In this document: positions 10,197 to 19,869 of the stretch, piece by piece
Layout of the letters: each line of letters begins with the position of its first letter
Position numbering within the stretch: the first letter of the stretch is position 1
DNA from: an uncultured Eubacterium sp.
GTDB lineage: Bacteria > Bacillota > Clostridia > Lachnospirales > Lachnospiraceae
Assembly: GCA_910589595.1 (NCBI GenBank)
Contig: CAJUTM010000011.1
Span: 11,054 to 75,053, forward strand
DNA: 64,000 bases
Direction of reading: 5' to 3'
Made by a program: the position numbers and the translations under genes
Notes under the pieces: model-generated
The model's input: the letters and a program-made list of their open reading frames with translations, nothing else
Database searches by the model: none
What the model was told of the DNA's origin: nothing

Positions 10197-10547
10197 TTAC
10201 TCTCCCCAATAGTCTATTGTATCTTGCGAAGTGGTTACTATCCCAAAGAGCTTCCGCATAAAATCTTCTTTTTCGTGAAACATTTCCAAAATAAGTATTG
10301 TATCTTTATCCTTTATACGGTAAAAGAAATAATTATGTTCTGCAATAATATAGCTGTAATCACATTTAATATCATATTGTGATGAAATTCTTATACCTGA
10401 TTGCGGAAATGTTTCAAGTCTTCTGATACTATTAGTTATATTACTCATAATCCTTTTTGAACTGTTTTCACCATAATTTTGTGCCAATTCACTGTGTAAC
10501 TTTTTCAGCTTTCTTCTAACAATCTGCGAATATTCCAATTTGGCCAA
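10197..10547 (-). CDS. Type II toxin, RelE/ParE family
   Basis: 116 aa; IRRLETFPQSG..HNYFFYRI..ILEMFHEKEDF pattern; directly downstream of the antitoxin. Confidence 0.75.
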   Translation of the reverse strand: MAKLEYSQIVRRKLKKLHSELAQNYGENSSKRIMSNITNSIRRLETFPQSGIRISSQYDIKCDYSYIIAEHNYFFYRIKDKDTILILEMFHEKEDFMRKLFGIVTTSQDTIDYWGE

Positions 10548-10551
10548 ATCA

Positions 10552-10806
10552 TTATACCCCCAGCTCTTTTTCTAATTCATCCGCAGATATAGTTCCTTCC
10601 GTAATTACAGAATTTTCAGCTTTCTGCAGTTTTAACAACAATTGATTTAATGCTTTCTGCTTATCTAATTCGTCCAATTCCTGCATATCAATAATAGCAC
10701 ATGAGCCATGTCCGTTGCGGGTAAGATAAACCCTGTTTCCATAGGATACTTCATTGACAACCGACGTATAATTTCTCAAATCAGATATTGGTTTAATATT
10801 TGGCAT
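10552..10806 (-). CDS. Type II antitoxin, Phd/YefM family
   Basis: MPNIKPISDLRNY..V..VYLTRNG Phd signature; acidic C-terminus. Confidence 0.85.
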   Translation of the reverse strand: MPNIKPISDLRNYTSVVNEVSYGNRVYLTRNGHGSCAIIDMQELDELDKQKALNQLLLKLQKAENSVITEGTISADELEKELGV

Positions 10807-10866
10807 TTCACACACTCCAATCTTTTCTTCTATAATTAGTTAATTATTTTATATGATTTCAATATC

Positions 10867-10896
10867 ATTATAACAGTTATAACATACAATTTGCAA
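10867..10896 (-). promoter_or_regulatory. TA promoter with palindromic operator
   Basis: TTGCAA-N18-TATAAT with extended TG; perfect palindrome TTATAAC-A-GTTATAA at 10868-10882 overlapping the -10 and spacer. Confidence 0.55.
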
Positions 10897-10953
10897 CGAA
10901 ATTCACACGTTAATTTACAGCAAAAATTACTTATCTCTCATCCGTTAGCCGGA

Positions 10954-12288
10954 TTACAACACCCATTCGCCATCTCGTATTTGATGAATTTCACTCTGAT
11001 AAAATGCCGCAACCGCCTCTGTCATATATGGTAAATCTTTACATCCTGCCGTCTCCACGGCGCTGTGCATCGCCAACTGAGGCAGTCCGATATCAAGCAT
11101 CGGCACGCTGAATTGATGGCTCAGTAAATTCCCCAGAGTACTGCCTCCCGGCGCATCCGCGCGATTGGCAAAACGCTGTATCGGAATCTCTTTCTCTTTG
11201 CACAATTCAGAAAAGACTGCCGCTGTCATCCCTGTGGTCGTATATCGCTGACTGGCATTATACTTTATGACAATTCCCCCGTTCAGGATGACCGGATACT
11301 CACTATCTGTCTTGGCCGGAAGATTGGGATGCGTGGCATGCGCATTGTCTGCGCTGAGAAGCAGACTGCTGTTTCTCGCCGCGGCCCGCTCCTCTTCTGA
11401 CATATCCAATGCCCGTTCAACTCGGCTCACAACATCCGGCAGAAACGAGCCCATCGCTCCCTGTCTCGTCCCGCTTCCCACCTCTTCATTATCGAACATA
11501 CACCAGAAATTGATTTTCCTGCCGCTGTTTTGCTTATCGGTTTGTGTCTGGCAGGCGGATAAAAAACCAGTCAGGCTGGCGTAAGCGCATCCCAAATCAT
11601 CAATACCGTGCGCCATATAAAATTCTTTATCAACTCCCACCTGACAAGCTTTCTGCCTGATGGTAAGCACAACGTCCATATCCAGTATATCCGCAGGGCT
11701 CACATTGCTTTCTTCTGCAATCAAGGCACAAATATCCGTCTCCTCACTGCCATAGAGCGGCTGCATATCAATCTGCGGATTGTAGGCATACCCTTTATTG
11801 ATTTCCCGATTCATATGAACGGAAAGATTCGGAATCACAAACATATCCCTATCCGGAGCAATGAGCTGTGTACGGACGCCCTCTGCCGTGCGTACCGTGA
11901 CGCGGCCGGCCATCCCCAGCGGACGGTCGAGCCAACTGGCATGAATCATGCCGCCATACCCCTCTGTCTCCACCCGTGCATAGTATTTACCCTCCATCTT
12001 TGTTTTCTTAATACGGTAGGTGGGCGAATCACTATGCGTAGCTGCAAGATGATAAAATTCCGGTTTCTCTTCAGGCATCCGGAACGCTATGATACTCGAT
12101 TCGTTACGGGTAACATAATAGCACTTTCCCGACCGCAGATTCCACTCCTCCATTTCTGACAGCGGATGAAATCCCTCCTGCTCCATTCTCTTCGCCGCCT
12201 CCCTGACTGCGTGAAAAGGACTTAGTGCGGCATCCATAAACTCGAAAAATTGTCTCATAACAGTATTGCTTCCTTTCTTTGCCATCAT
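10954..12288 (-). CDS. M18 family (aspartyl) aminopeptidase
   Basis: HSDSP, SWLDRPL, DNEEVGS, SADNAHATHPN, GGSTLG and QLAMHSAVE motifs. Confidence 0.9.
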   Translation of the reverse strand: MMAKKGSNTVMRQFFEFMDAALSPFHAVREAAKRMEQEGFHPLSEMEEWNLRSGKCYYVTRNESSIIAFRMPEEKPEFYHLAATHSDSPTYRIKKTKMEGKYYARVETEGYGGMIHASWLDRPLGMAGRVTVRTAEGVRTQLIAPDRDMFVIPNLSVHMNREINKGYAYNPQIDMQPLYGSEETDICALIAEESNVSPADILDMDVVLTIRQKACQVGVDKEFYMAHGIDDLGCAYASLTGFLSACQTQTDKQNSGRKINFWCMFDNEEVGSGTRQGAMGSFLPDVVSRVERALDMSEEERAAARNSSLLLSADNAHATHPNLPAKTDSEYPVILNGGIVIKYNASQRYTTTGMTAAVFSELCKEKEIPIQRFANRADAPGGSTLGNLLSHQFSVPMLDIGLPQLAMHSAVETAGCKDLPYMTEAVAAFYQSEIHQIRDGEWVL

Positions 12289-12392
12289 ATTGGTAGTATA
12301 TCAAATTTGATTGTTTTTTACAACGACGTGTGCTACACTGAGAAAAGATGATTGCGATTTCACCGATTATGAATATACAAAGGAGATACGAT

Positions 12393-13565
12393 ATGCGTAT
12401 ATTATATTTTGACTGGAATTCTTTCTGCCGCAAAGATGTTTTAGACGGTTTTACCGCACTTGGTCATTCTTACGTGTTATGTGAACTGCCGGAACGGGCG
12501 CGCATGCTTGGGCTCGGCGCCTCTACCATCGGGCAGTTATATGAAGAAATAAAAAAAGACAACTATCACTGTGTCTTTACTATGAATTATTTCCCTATGG
12601 TATCAGAAGCTTGTCAAAAGGCAGGCATTCCCTATCTGTCATGGATATATGACAATCCTTACATGAAAGGATATTCCATCAATATTATCAACTCCTGCAA
12701 CTATATCTTTACCTTTGACAGCGCCATGTATGAAGAACTCGCTGCCCAAGGGGTGCAAACGGTGTACTACGCCCCGATGGCTGCTAATCCGCACAGAATC
12801 GCAGCGCTGACTGCCAGCGGTAATCCTCATCAGTACGATATCTCTTTTGTCGGCGCTCTCTATAACGAAGACCACAATTTTTATGATGAGTTCACAGCAA
12901 ATGCAGCCAAAAACAACAAACAATATTATATCGGTTATATTGATGCGCTCATACATACTCAGCTTCACTTATATGGTACCGACATACTAACCCAAATCCC
13001 AAAGGAAATTATTGACGCAAAATTTGCATCTATTAATGAGTGGACGGAAACCAACTCTTATTTTACAACACCGGAGCGAATCTTTGCCGACAGCGTACTC
13101 TGCCGAAAAATAACCGCATTGGAGCGGGAGCAGTTACTATCGCGATTATCCTCTGTACACCGCGTCGACTTATTTACAAGAAATAAACAAGCAGCCGTCG
13201 GTTCGTGCTGCAACCACGGATATGTTGACTATACAACGGAAATGCCGAAAGTATTTGCCGGCTCGCGAATCAATCTCAATATCACGCTTAAAAGTATCCG
13301 GCACGGTATTCCCCTGCGCGCAATGGAAATCATGGGCGCCGGCGGTTTCCTATTGACGAACTACCAGTCCGACTTCCTTATGCACTTTGATGCGCAAAAA
13401 GACTTTGTCTATTATGAGGACATGAATGACGCCGTGGAAAAGACAATGTACTATCTGCAACACGAAGACGAACGCGCCCAAATCGCCGCCAATGGCCTGC
13501 GTAAAATCCGAGAAGCTCATACATATGAAATCCGTATTGATGAAATGCTTTCACTTCTTCGATGA
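12393..13565 (+). CDS. CgeB/DUF3880-like glycosyltransferase
   Basis: SWIYD, DISFVG, SRINLNITL..GIPLRAMEIMGAGGFLLTN motifs; AGGAG RBS before the ATG at 12393. Confidence 0.75.
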   Translation: MRILYFDWNSFCRKDVLDGFTALGHSYVLCELPERARMLGLGASTIGQLYEEIKKDNYHCVFTMNYFPMVSEACQKAGIPYLSWIYDNPYMKGYSINIINSCNYIFTFDSAMYEELAAQGVQTVYYAPMAANPHRIAALTASGNPHQYDISFVGALYNEDHNFYDEFTANAAKNNKQYYIGYIDALIHTQLHLYGTDILTQIPKEIIDAKFASINEWTETNSYFTTPERIFADSVLCRKITALEREQLLSRLSSVHRVDLFTRNKQAAVGSCCNHGYVDYTTEMPKVFAGSRINLNITLKSIRHGIPLRAMEIMGAGGFLLTNYQSDFLMHFDAQKDFVYYEDMNDAVEKTMYYLQHEDERAQIAANGLRKIREAHTYEIRIDEMLSLLR

Positions 13566-14174
13566 CTTTTTCTTTCTGACAAAAGGCACGGAAGCGCCGA
13601 CAGCAACTGCACAGAAAGCAAGGATTACATACATACGGGTTTTCCACGCTGTATCCTCCTCTTGGGTTCCGCATTTTTCCACTTCTTCCTCCTGTGTCAC
13701 ATCTTTCACGGACGGGGAAACGGACGGAGTCGCCTGCTGTTTCTGTTCTTCCTGCTTTCCCTTGTCCGCAACTGGCGTCTCTGGTTCCGCCGTAGCTTTA
13801 TTAGTCTTATCCGCAGACTTCTTCACGGATTTCTTCGCAGATTTCTTTTTCTTACTCTTCTTTGATGTTTTCTTCTTTTTCTTGCCCTTCTTATCTTTTG
13901 AGGACGATTTGCCAAGCGTCTTTTCAACGCGCTTCTGCTCCTTTTCGCTCAATTTGAGTTTCCCGCTCTGATAATCGCTGTACGCCTGATAAGCCCCCTC
14001 TGTCGTAGGCGGATAGCCATGCGCAGACAACCATGCTTTGGCCTGCTTCTTCTGCTCTTCCGTATAAGCTTTTGTAACCGTCACCGGACTATTTACTGTC
14101 CGGCAGATACAGCCCGCCAGTACAAACAAACATACCAGCAGAATAATACTTTTCCTCTTCCCCTTATTTCTCAT
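13551..14174 (-). CDS. Hypothetical exported protein with Lys-rich linker and C-terminal membrane anchor
   Basis: Signal-like N-terminus, KKSKKKKSAKK run, C-terminal hydrophobic helix plus basic tail; AGGAGG RBS. Confidence 0.65.
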   Translation of the reverse strand: MRNKGKRKSIILLVCLFVLAGCICRTVNSPVTVTKAYTEEQKKQAKAWLSAHGYPPTTEGAYQAYSDYQSGKLKLSEKEQKRVEKTLGKSSSKDKKGKKKKKTSKKSKKKKSAKKSVKKSADKTNKATAEPETPVADKGKQEEQKQQATPSVSPSVKDVTQEEEVEKCGTQEEDTAWKTRMYVILAFCAVAVGASVPFVRKKKSSKK

Positions 14175-14706
14175 CGTTTCCTCCTGTCTTACAACTATAA
14201 ATCCACAGAAATCCCCGCACAAGACATGCTCCTGACAAACAGCCCAGCGTATTCATAATTAAATCATCTGTCTGAAAATAGCCGCGTGCGGTAAGCAGCT
14301 GCAAAATTTCAATACAGAGGCTAAGACCAAAACCAATCAGCGTTATGCCCCATATGGGAATCTTTTTCAGACAGAGAGCAAGCAGCATTCCAAAAGGAAT
14401 GAACAACAGAATATTCTCTATCACATAAGCGCGTCCCTGTGAATCCTGCGTCCATGTTCCGCCGATAACAAGATTTAAGTCTGTACGGCTGCCGGCTTCT
14501 CTCGAAAAAAATACAATCTGAAACAGCAAGACAAAGTATGCCGCCAGCAGTCCATACCATACATCATGGAAACAAGACCAGCTCTCATCCTTTCCCTTTC
14601 GTTTGCTTACCAAAAGGCATACGCCATAAACGATAAGTCCGGCGACGAACGCCATTGGCAAAAAACAAAACGTATTCCGTATATCTCTAATTATACATCC
14701 CCACAT
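14164..14706 (-). CDS. VanZ family membrane protein
   Basis: ENILLFIPFG, SLCIEILQ and DDLIMNTLG motifs. Confidence 0.85.
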   Translation of the reverse strand: MWGCIIRDIRNTFCFLPMAFVAGLIVYGVCLLVSKRKGKDESWSCFHDVWYGLLAAYFVLLFQIVFFSREAGSRTDLNLVIGGTWTQDSQGRAYVIENILLFIPFGMLLALCLKKIPIWGITLIGFGLSLCIEILQLLTARGYFQTDDLIMNTLGCLSGACLVRGFLWIYSCKTGGNDEK

Positions 14707-14817
14707 AGTACGCCTGTCCGGAAGTGAGCTCTTGTCAGGAATAGATTTTCAAGAAATCACTACATTTTCCTTTCTTTAAAATTTTCACAAATGTCTGATA
14801 ACGTCGGGTACAAAAAT

Positions 14818-15075
14818 CTAAATTTGCTGATAATACACTGACATTATTGATAGCATAAGTCCCGGATTTTTAAGAATCGTATTCACATTTTTATCTGTAA
14901 TCCCATCCGGCATAGTTGCCGCTTCCCGTAATACCGGCTTAACCGCCTTTCCATCCAGTCCCACTTGTATCAGTTTATCAAGTGTTGGTTCTGTCAAAAG
15001 CGAACATATAATATTTCCCTCGCGGGGAGCAATACCCGCCATCTTAAAAAATCTGAGATATTCATTATTTTCCAC
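14818..15075 (-). CDS. Hypothetical protein (85 aa)
   Basis: GTG start with strong AGGAGG RBS; upstream TTGTGT-N17-TATAAT. Confidence 0.5.
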   Translation of the reverse strand: MENNEYLRFFKMAGIAPREGNIICSLLTEPTLDKLIQVGLDGKAVKPVLREAATMPDGITDKNVNTILKNPGLMLSIMSVYYQQI

Positions 15076-15614
15076 TACTTACACCTCCTGATAATCCTGT
15101 GGTTTTTAAAAATATTCTGGCAGTACCCATCTTTCTTCCGGCTATGCCACCATACATTTTGGAGTTCTGACTATTCCCACATGAATTTAGTACTTTCCGC
15201 TTTTCATTATAACCACTTTTTCCATTAAACACAATAACAGAATATCACTTTGCGCAAAATCCATTCTGTCCTGACATTCGAAGCAAACAGATAAAAACTT
15301 AGGAATTCCCTCACAGTAATATCTAAGTAATAAATATTGCTATGAGAAAATAAATATAACATATAACAAAGTATTGACGTAAAGAAAATTATGATTGGCT
15401 GACGAAAGGAAACGCACAGTTAGAGAGCGATCACTGTGCTGTTGACGAATTATTTGAAGTATAAAATAATGAATAAGGTATTCGCAGATACCTAATTGAG
15501 AAGATTATCTTTATTGGCAAACAAAAGACCATAAAACTTTGAAAAAGATTAATCAGTTAATAAATGATAATGAGGGAATAAGAAAACCAGACATCTATCT
15601 TATTGATATCCCTT

Positions 15615-15956
15615 TTAACAATTTATATTATTCAGTTTCTCTGTAATGTTTTTTAACATTAAATACATCTTGTCTCTTTCACACAGTTTCCAAATAAAAT
15701 CAAATTGTGCTTTTGTAAAATCAAATCTCATTTTTGCATCTGAAAAAGCAGTAGTAGTACTTTCAAAAGCATTAATCATATATGATAATATTGTATTAAT
15801 TGATTTACGCACCACATTAATTTCATCAGTATTCCACTTTTTATAATTCTTAATCACACTATTATTTAGAACATAATTATTATATGTGTGCTCAATTAAA
15901 TCTTCAAATTCATCAGTGCTTTTTATGATTTCTTTCAGACCCTGTTTTAGATGGGG
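15615..15956 (-). pseudogene. C-terminal fragment of an unknown AT-rich gene
   Basis: Frame stays open from about 15956 (..LKEIIKSTDEFEDLIEH..) with no RBS or ATG, overlapping out of frame the 3' end of the nitrilase-fold ORF. Confidence 0.4.
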
Positions 15957-17100
15957 TTATTATAAATCCTATTGCTTTTTCTTTTTTTATATTTTCTGTT
16001 AATTCCCTTTTATTATGACATAAAGCAGAACATGTATTACACATAATAGTTGTACTATGATATCTTTCGGCAAGATGAACAGCATTATTGCATAAATCCA
16101 TCGACGGACTACATGCTGGTAATATAATAAAGTCATTAAGTAATAATTTAGATACATTAATAAATGAATCATTATCTATATCTCTACATATAAATGTTGA
16201 AACTCTTCCGAATGTGTTTATGTCTATTATATGCAAATCATCATTTTTCTCTAATTTTTCCCGAAAAATTACATAATTATTATTTTCAAAACTATGTGTT
16301 TTTAAAATGTCTTCTAATACTTCCCGCTGTTGTTTGTCACTACACTTTTTTATAACACTCTGCAATTGATTTCTATTGTACTTTAACTCAAATGGAACCT
16401 TTTTATTATAGCTAAATACAGTTTCTCCTTCATATAAAACTGTACAAATATTATTATTATCTTTCCAAATGCTACCACAAAACATAAATTTAATTTTCTT
16501 TTCTATAATTATATTTTTAATATTATTAAAAATATGTTCTGTCATAAGCATTTCAGGTAAAATCAAAAAATCAATATCAGTATCTATGCTATTTAAAAAT
16601 ACTATATATCTTTCTAATAACATTTTCTCTTTTAATGGAAACATCTTTTCTATATAAAAATTCTTTTCTTTTGTATATTTAATATCAAATATTTCATTAA
16701 TATCAATATAAGTTGTTTTTAAAGTTGGAAATATCTGAATTTCATTATTCAAATACAAATTTAACCCTTTATATGTTTTAAAATCCCAGTCATAATTACA
16801 AGAGCTCTTAAAAATATAAATTTCACATGAATCAATTTCTAAAATAATATTATAGTAATCCTGAGTAGAAAATTCTTCACAATTGTAAAATTCTATTAAA
16901 GATTTTTTTAATCTTGAAAATGCCTCAAATAGATTACAATTTCTAATTTCTATATATCTCAAAAACAAACAATGAAATTTATCACTTTTCTCCATTTTAT
17001 TAAGATCGAAAAGTTTATCTTCACATATTTTTTTATAACAAAATGCCATTAAATCATAGATAGTGTTTATTTTCTTCTCATCGTTCATAACCAGCCTCAT
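15913..17100 (-). CDS. Carbon-nitrogen hydrolase (nitrilase-fold) domain protein, possibly truncated
   Basis: E-K-C triad motifs DFLILPEM, YNKKVPF and FICRD, followed by DFIILPACS and IMCN; very AT-rich; own TTGTAA-N17-TAAAAT promoter at 17148-17176. Confidence 0.65.
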   Translation of the reverse strand: MRLVMNDEKKINTIYDLMAFCYKKICEDKLFDLNKMEKSDKFHCLFLRYIEIRNCNLFEAFSRLKKSLIEFYNCEEFSTQDYYNIILEIDSCEIYIFKSSCNYDWDFKTYKGLNLYLNNEIQIFPTLKTTYIDINEIFDIKYTKEKNFYIEKMFPLKEKMLLERYIVFLNSIDTDIDFLILPEMLMTEHIFNNIKNIIIEKKIKFMFCGSIWKDNNNICTVLYEGETVFSYNKKVPFELKYNRNQLQSVIKKCSDKQQREVLEDILKTHSFENNNYVIFREKLEKNDDLHIIDINTFGRVSTFICRDIDNDSFINVSKLLLNDFIILPACSPSMDLCNNAVHLAERYHSTTIMCNTCSALCHNKRELTENIKKEKAIGFIITPSKTGSERNHKKH

Positions 17101-17224
17101 CTTAATACCTAACGGTAATAGTAAAAATTCACATAAGTTACTTCTCTATTTTACCACATTGTACCATTACTTACAACACAAAATATCCTTGAATTTCCTT
17201 GAATTTCCGTCAAAATGAATTGCA

Positions 17225-18304
17225 CTAAGAATACAATCTTTTTAACCATTGAAAACGTCTGTTTTCAGACAAGCGGATAATAAGCAGAGAGGCTGCTATT
17301 GTTATTATCAACGTTATAATAAAATCCCAACATGTGGACTCAATTTCAAAATCAAAACAATACCCAAAAAACTCAGATACCAATTTTTCTATCCACAAAT
17401 GCAATAAGAAAATCAGCATACTCAATTGCCGCAATACCGGATAAATTTTTTTATTTTCTAACTTCATATTTTTAACAATATAAAACATAAAAAATGAAGT
17501 CGGAACTAAAAAGACATACATGTCATATTTTCTTGAAAAATTAAAATAACTGACAATAATCAGTTCAGCAAGCATCAACAAATAGGAAAGAGAAAAACCT
17601 GTCACTGCTGCCCTCTTTGAAAATTTTATCTTTTTAAATGCAAACAGCATTCCGATACCCATAAAAAGGAACGCTTCAAACACTCCATTTCTCGTTGTTA
17701 CAATAACTTTTTCTACAATTTTTAACACTGACCAGATACTTGGAAACATATCTTTTATAGGTCGAATAACGCCAAACCAGCTTTGTGCTAACAGTCCGAC
17801 GGCATACAAGGCGCCGGCAATTATCAATATGTATTTTATCTTTATCCTTTTGTACAAAAGAAAAGAGCATAATAAACCACCGACAATCGTCGCATTCAAA
17901 TACCATAGCTGCGTATAACTTCCTGTAAACAAAAAATCTCTGACCCATCCTAGAAAAGCATGTAGCGTCCCATTTTTGTTATTTATAATCCAGCCAAGAC
18001 ATAATGGAAAATAAATAATCGTCCACAGGATATACAATCTCAATATTTTCAATAAGTAATTTTTCGTCGGTTGCCATATAAAATTCTCATAGTTCGTTTT
18101 TCTGTATAAAAAGTACCCGCTTGTAATAAAAAAGAACGGAACGCCTGTTCTCCCCCCCCAATTTTTTATGATAAAATTAGCAAAATGAAACGTTTCATTT
18201 TCTCCCAACGGAGCAATATGAATCATCACAATCATAATTGCACACAAAAATTTCGCTGCGTCAATTGCATTATATACCGGTTTGTCAGAATTTAAACTAC
18301 TCAT
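17225..18304 (-). CDS. Acyltransferase family 3 (OafA-like polysaccharide O-acyltransferase)
   Basis: IDAAKFLCAIMIVMIH, VPFFFITSGYF, QLWYL and SMLIFLLH motifs; multiple TM helices. Confidence 0.85.
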   Translation of the reverse strand: MSSLNSDKPVYNAIDAAKFLCAIMIVMIHIAPLGENETFHFANFIIKNWGGRTGVPFFFITSGYFLYRKTNYENFIWQPTKNYLLKILRLYILWTIIYFPLCLGWIINNKNGTLHAFLGWVRDFLFTGSYTQLWYLNATIVGGLLCSFLLYKRIKIKYILIIAGALYAVGLLAQSWFGVIRPIKDMFPSIWSVLKIVEKVIVTTRNGVFEAFLFMGIGMLFAFKKIKFSKRAAVTGFSLSYLLMLAELIIVSYFNFSRKYDMYVFLVPTSFFMFYIVKNMKLENKKIYPVLRQLSMLIFLLHLWIEKLVSEFFGYCFDFEIESTCWDFIITLIITIAASLLIIRLSENRRFQWLKRLYS

Positions 18305-19815
18305 TTTAATCCTCCATTCCGAAAATCCCCAAAAATATTGGCATAATATTTCTTAGCGTCTTTTAAAAAACTAATTACTATTAATACCATAACAATCCCA
18401 ATCGGAAATGCAGCCACGATACTGACCGACTGCAGATTATTCATGGAACTTTCAGAAAATACCAGTGCAATTGGCAGTATAATCAGAAGCACACACCACA
18501 GCAGTTGTATCATTTTGTTTGGCGATTTCCCCTCTTCCAACTTATGATAGCTGTAACAAGAAACGGTATACGCAATGGAATCAAATGAAGTGGCATAAAA
18601 GGCAATCATCGTCACTAATACAAGAACTAAAACAAACGGTGCGCACGGTAACGTCTTGATGACGTTGATAATCATCGAATACAAATCTCCGGTTTCGTTA
18701 TATTGTGCAATAAAATCCGCCGCCTTTGATGTCTGCAGCCCCAGAGAATAATTACCTAAAACAATAAAACTCACAATTGTCGAACCGACGCCAAACACAT
18801 ATCCGCCCAGTATCGTCTGTCTGATAGTTCTCCCTCTGGAAATATTGCCGATAAAAAATGGAGCGGCAACGCACCAGACCATCCAATACGCCCAATAATA
18901 AATTGTCCAGTCCTGTGGGAAATTATTTACACGAGCCGCATCCGTATAGGTAGCTAATCCAATGAAATTCTGTGCCATTCTCCCTAATGATTCAAATCCC
19001 GTCTCAATGATATATCGTCCTTCGCCGCCAAACAGCAGAACAAAGGCAAGCAGGGCAAAAAACATATAAATGCAAACTTTTGCTAACACACTTATACCCT
19101 TAAATCCGTGCAGGAGGGAATAGGTATAAACACAACAAGTTACAAGCAAAATAATAATTGTAATAACCGTCCTGCTTATTGTGATATGGAACAATTCTCC
19201 AATAATACCCGCCATCAGCGGAGTAGCTACACTAAACGTCGTAGCAGTTCCTGCCAGTAATGCAAATACAGCTAGTAAATCAATAATCCTCCCTGCAATT
19301 CCGTCCGTTTGCTTTCCCAATAACGGACGGCATGCCTCGGAGTACTTTTGTCTGCTTCTCTTTCTTACATGCAGCATGAAACCAAAAGCAACCGCCAGAA
19401 CCAGATAGAACCCCCACGGGATAAAACTCCAATGGAAAATTGGGAACACCCCGGACCACTCCTGAATACTGCCCAGCTCTGCTATATGCGGGTTGGTCGC
19501 ATACATAATCCACTCAGAAAATGAGTAAAACAGAATATCTGCAGCAAGTCCACAGGTGAACATCATACTTCCCAAGACAAAGAAAGAGTACTTAGGCTTT
19601 TCATCCTGTTTACCTAAAACAATATTTCCATACTTTGATACCGACAGAAAAATCGAAAGTAAAAATATACCTAATCCAATAATCAGGTAGTAAGTACCTA
19701 ATGTATCTCCAAAAAAGAAACGAATCTGGCTCAGAACACGATTGGATTCTTCCGGCCGAAAGAAGAATAGCACACTTAACACTAATATAATAACTAATGG
19801 TACAATTGTAATCAT
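18301..19815 (-). CDS. BCCT family choline/betaine transporter
   Basis: SMMFTCGLAADILF, FHWSFIPW, WTIYYWAYWMVW and ISRGRTIRQ motifs; about 12 TM; upstream ATG at 19838 is out of frame by 1 nt. Confidence 0.85.
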   Translation of the reverse strand: MITIVPLVIILVLSVLFFFRPEESNRVLSQIRFFFGDTLGTYYLIIGLGIFLLSIFLSVSKYGNIVLGKQDEKPKYSFFVLGSMMFTCGLAADILFYSFSEWIMYATNPHIAELGSIQEWSGVFPIFHWSFIPWGFYLVLAVAFGFMLHVRKRSRQKYSEACRPLLGKQTDGIAGRIIDLLAVFALLAGTATTFSVATPLMAGIIGELFHITISRTVITIIILLVTCCVYTYSLLHGFKGISVLAKVCIYMFFALLAFVLLFGGEGRYIIETGFESLGRMAQNFIGLATYTDAARVNNFPQDWTIYYWAYWMVWCVAAPFFIGNISRGRTIRQTILGGYVFGVGSTIVSFIVLGNYSLGLQTSKAADFIAQYNETGDLYSMIINVIKTLPCAPFVLVLVLVTMIAFYATSFDSIAYTVSCYSYHKLEEGKSPNKMIQLLWCVLLIILPIALVFSESSMNNLQSVSIVAAFPIGIVMVLIVISFLKDAKKYYANIFGDFRNGGLK

Positions 19816-19869
19816 CCAGTCAATCTTATTTTTTTCATGTTTTTTATCACCTTTTCTGTTTATAAAAAA

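Noticed and set aside
15395..15495. CTGACGA..GAAAC followed by a GCACAGT/ACTGTGC stem, resembling a hammerhead ribozyme core, plus an AGGTAT/ATACCT hairpin
   Set aside because: Stem II is absent and stem I cannot pair; two short hairpins are not enough to call an RNA.
15300..17200. Complete DRT/retron defence system
   Set aside because: No reverse transcriptase ORF or YxDD-type RT domain recognised anywhere in the window.
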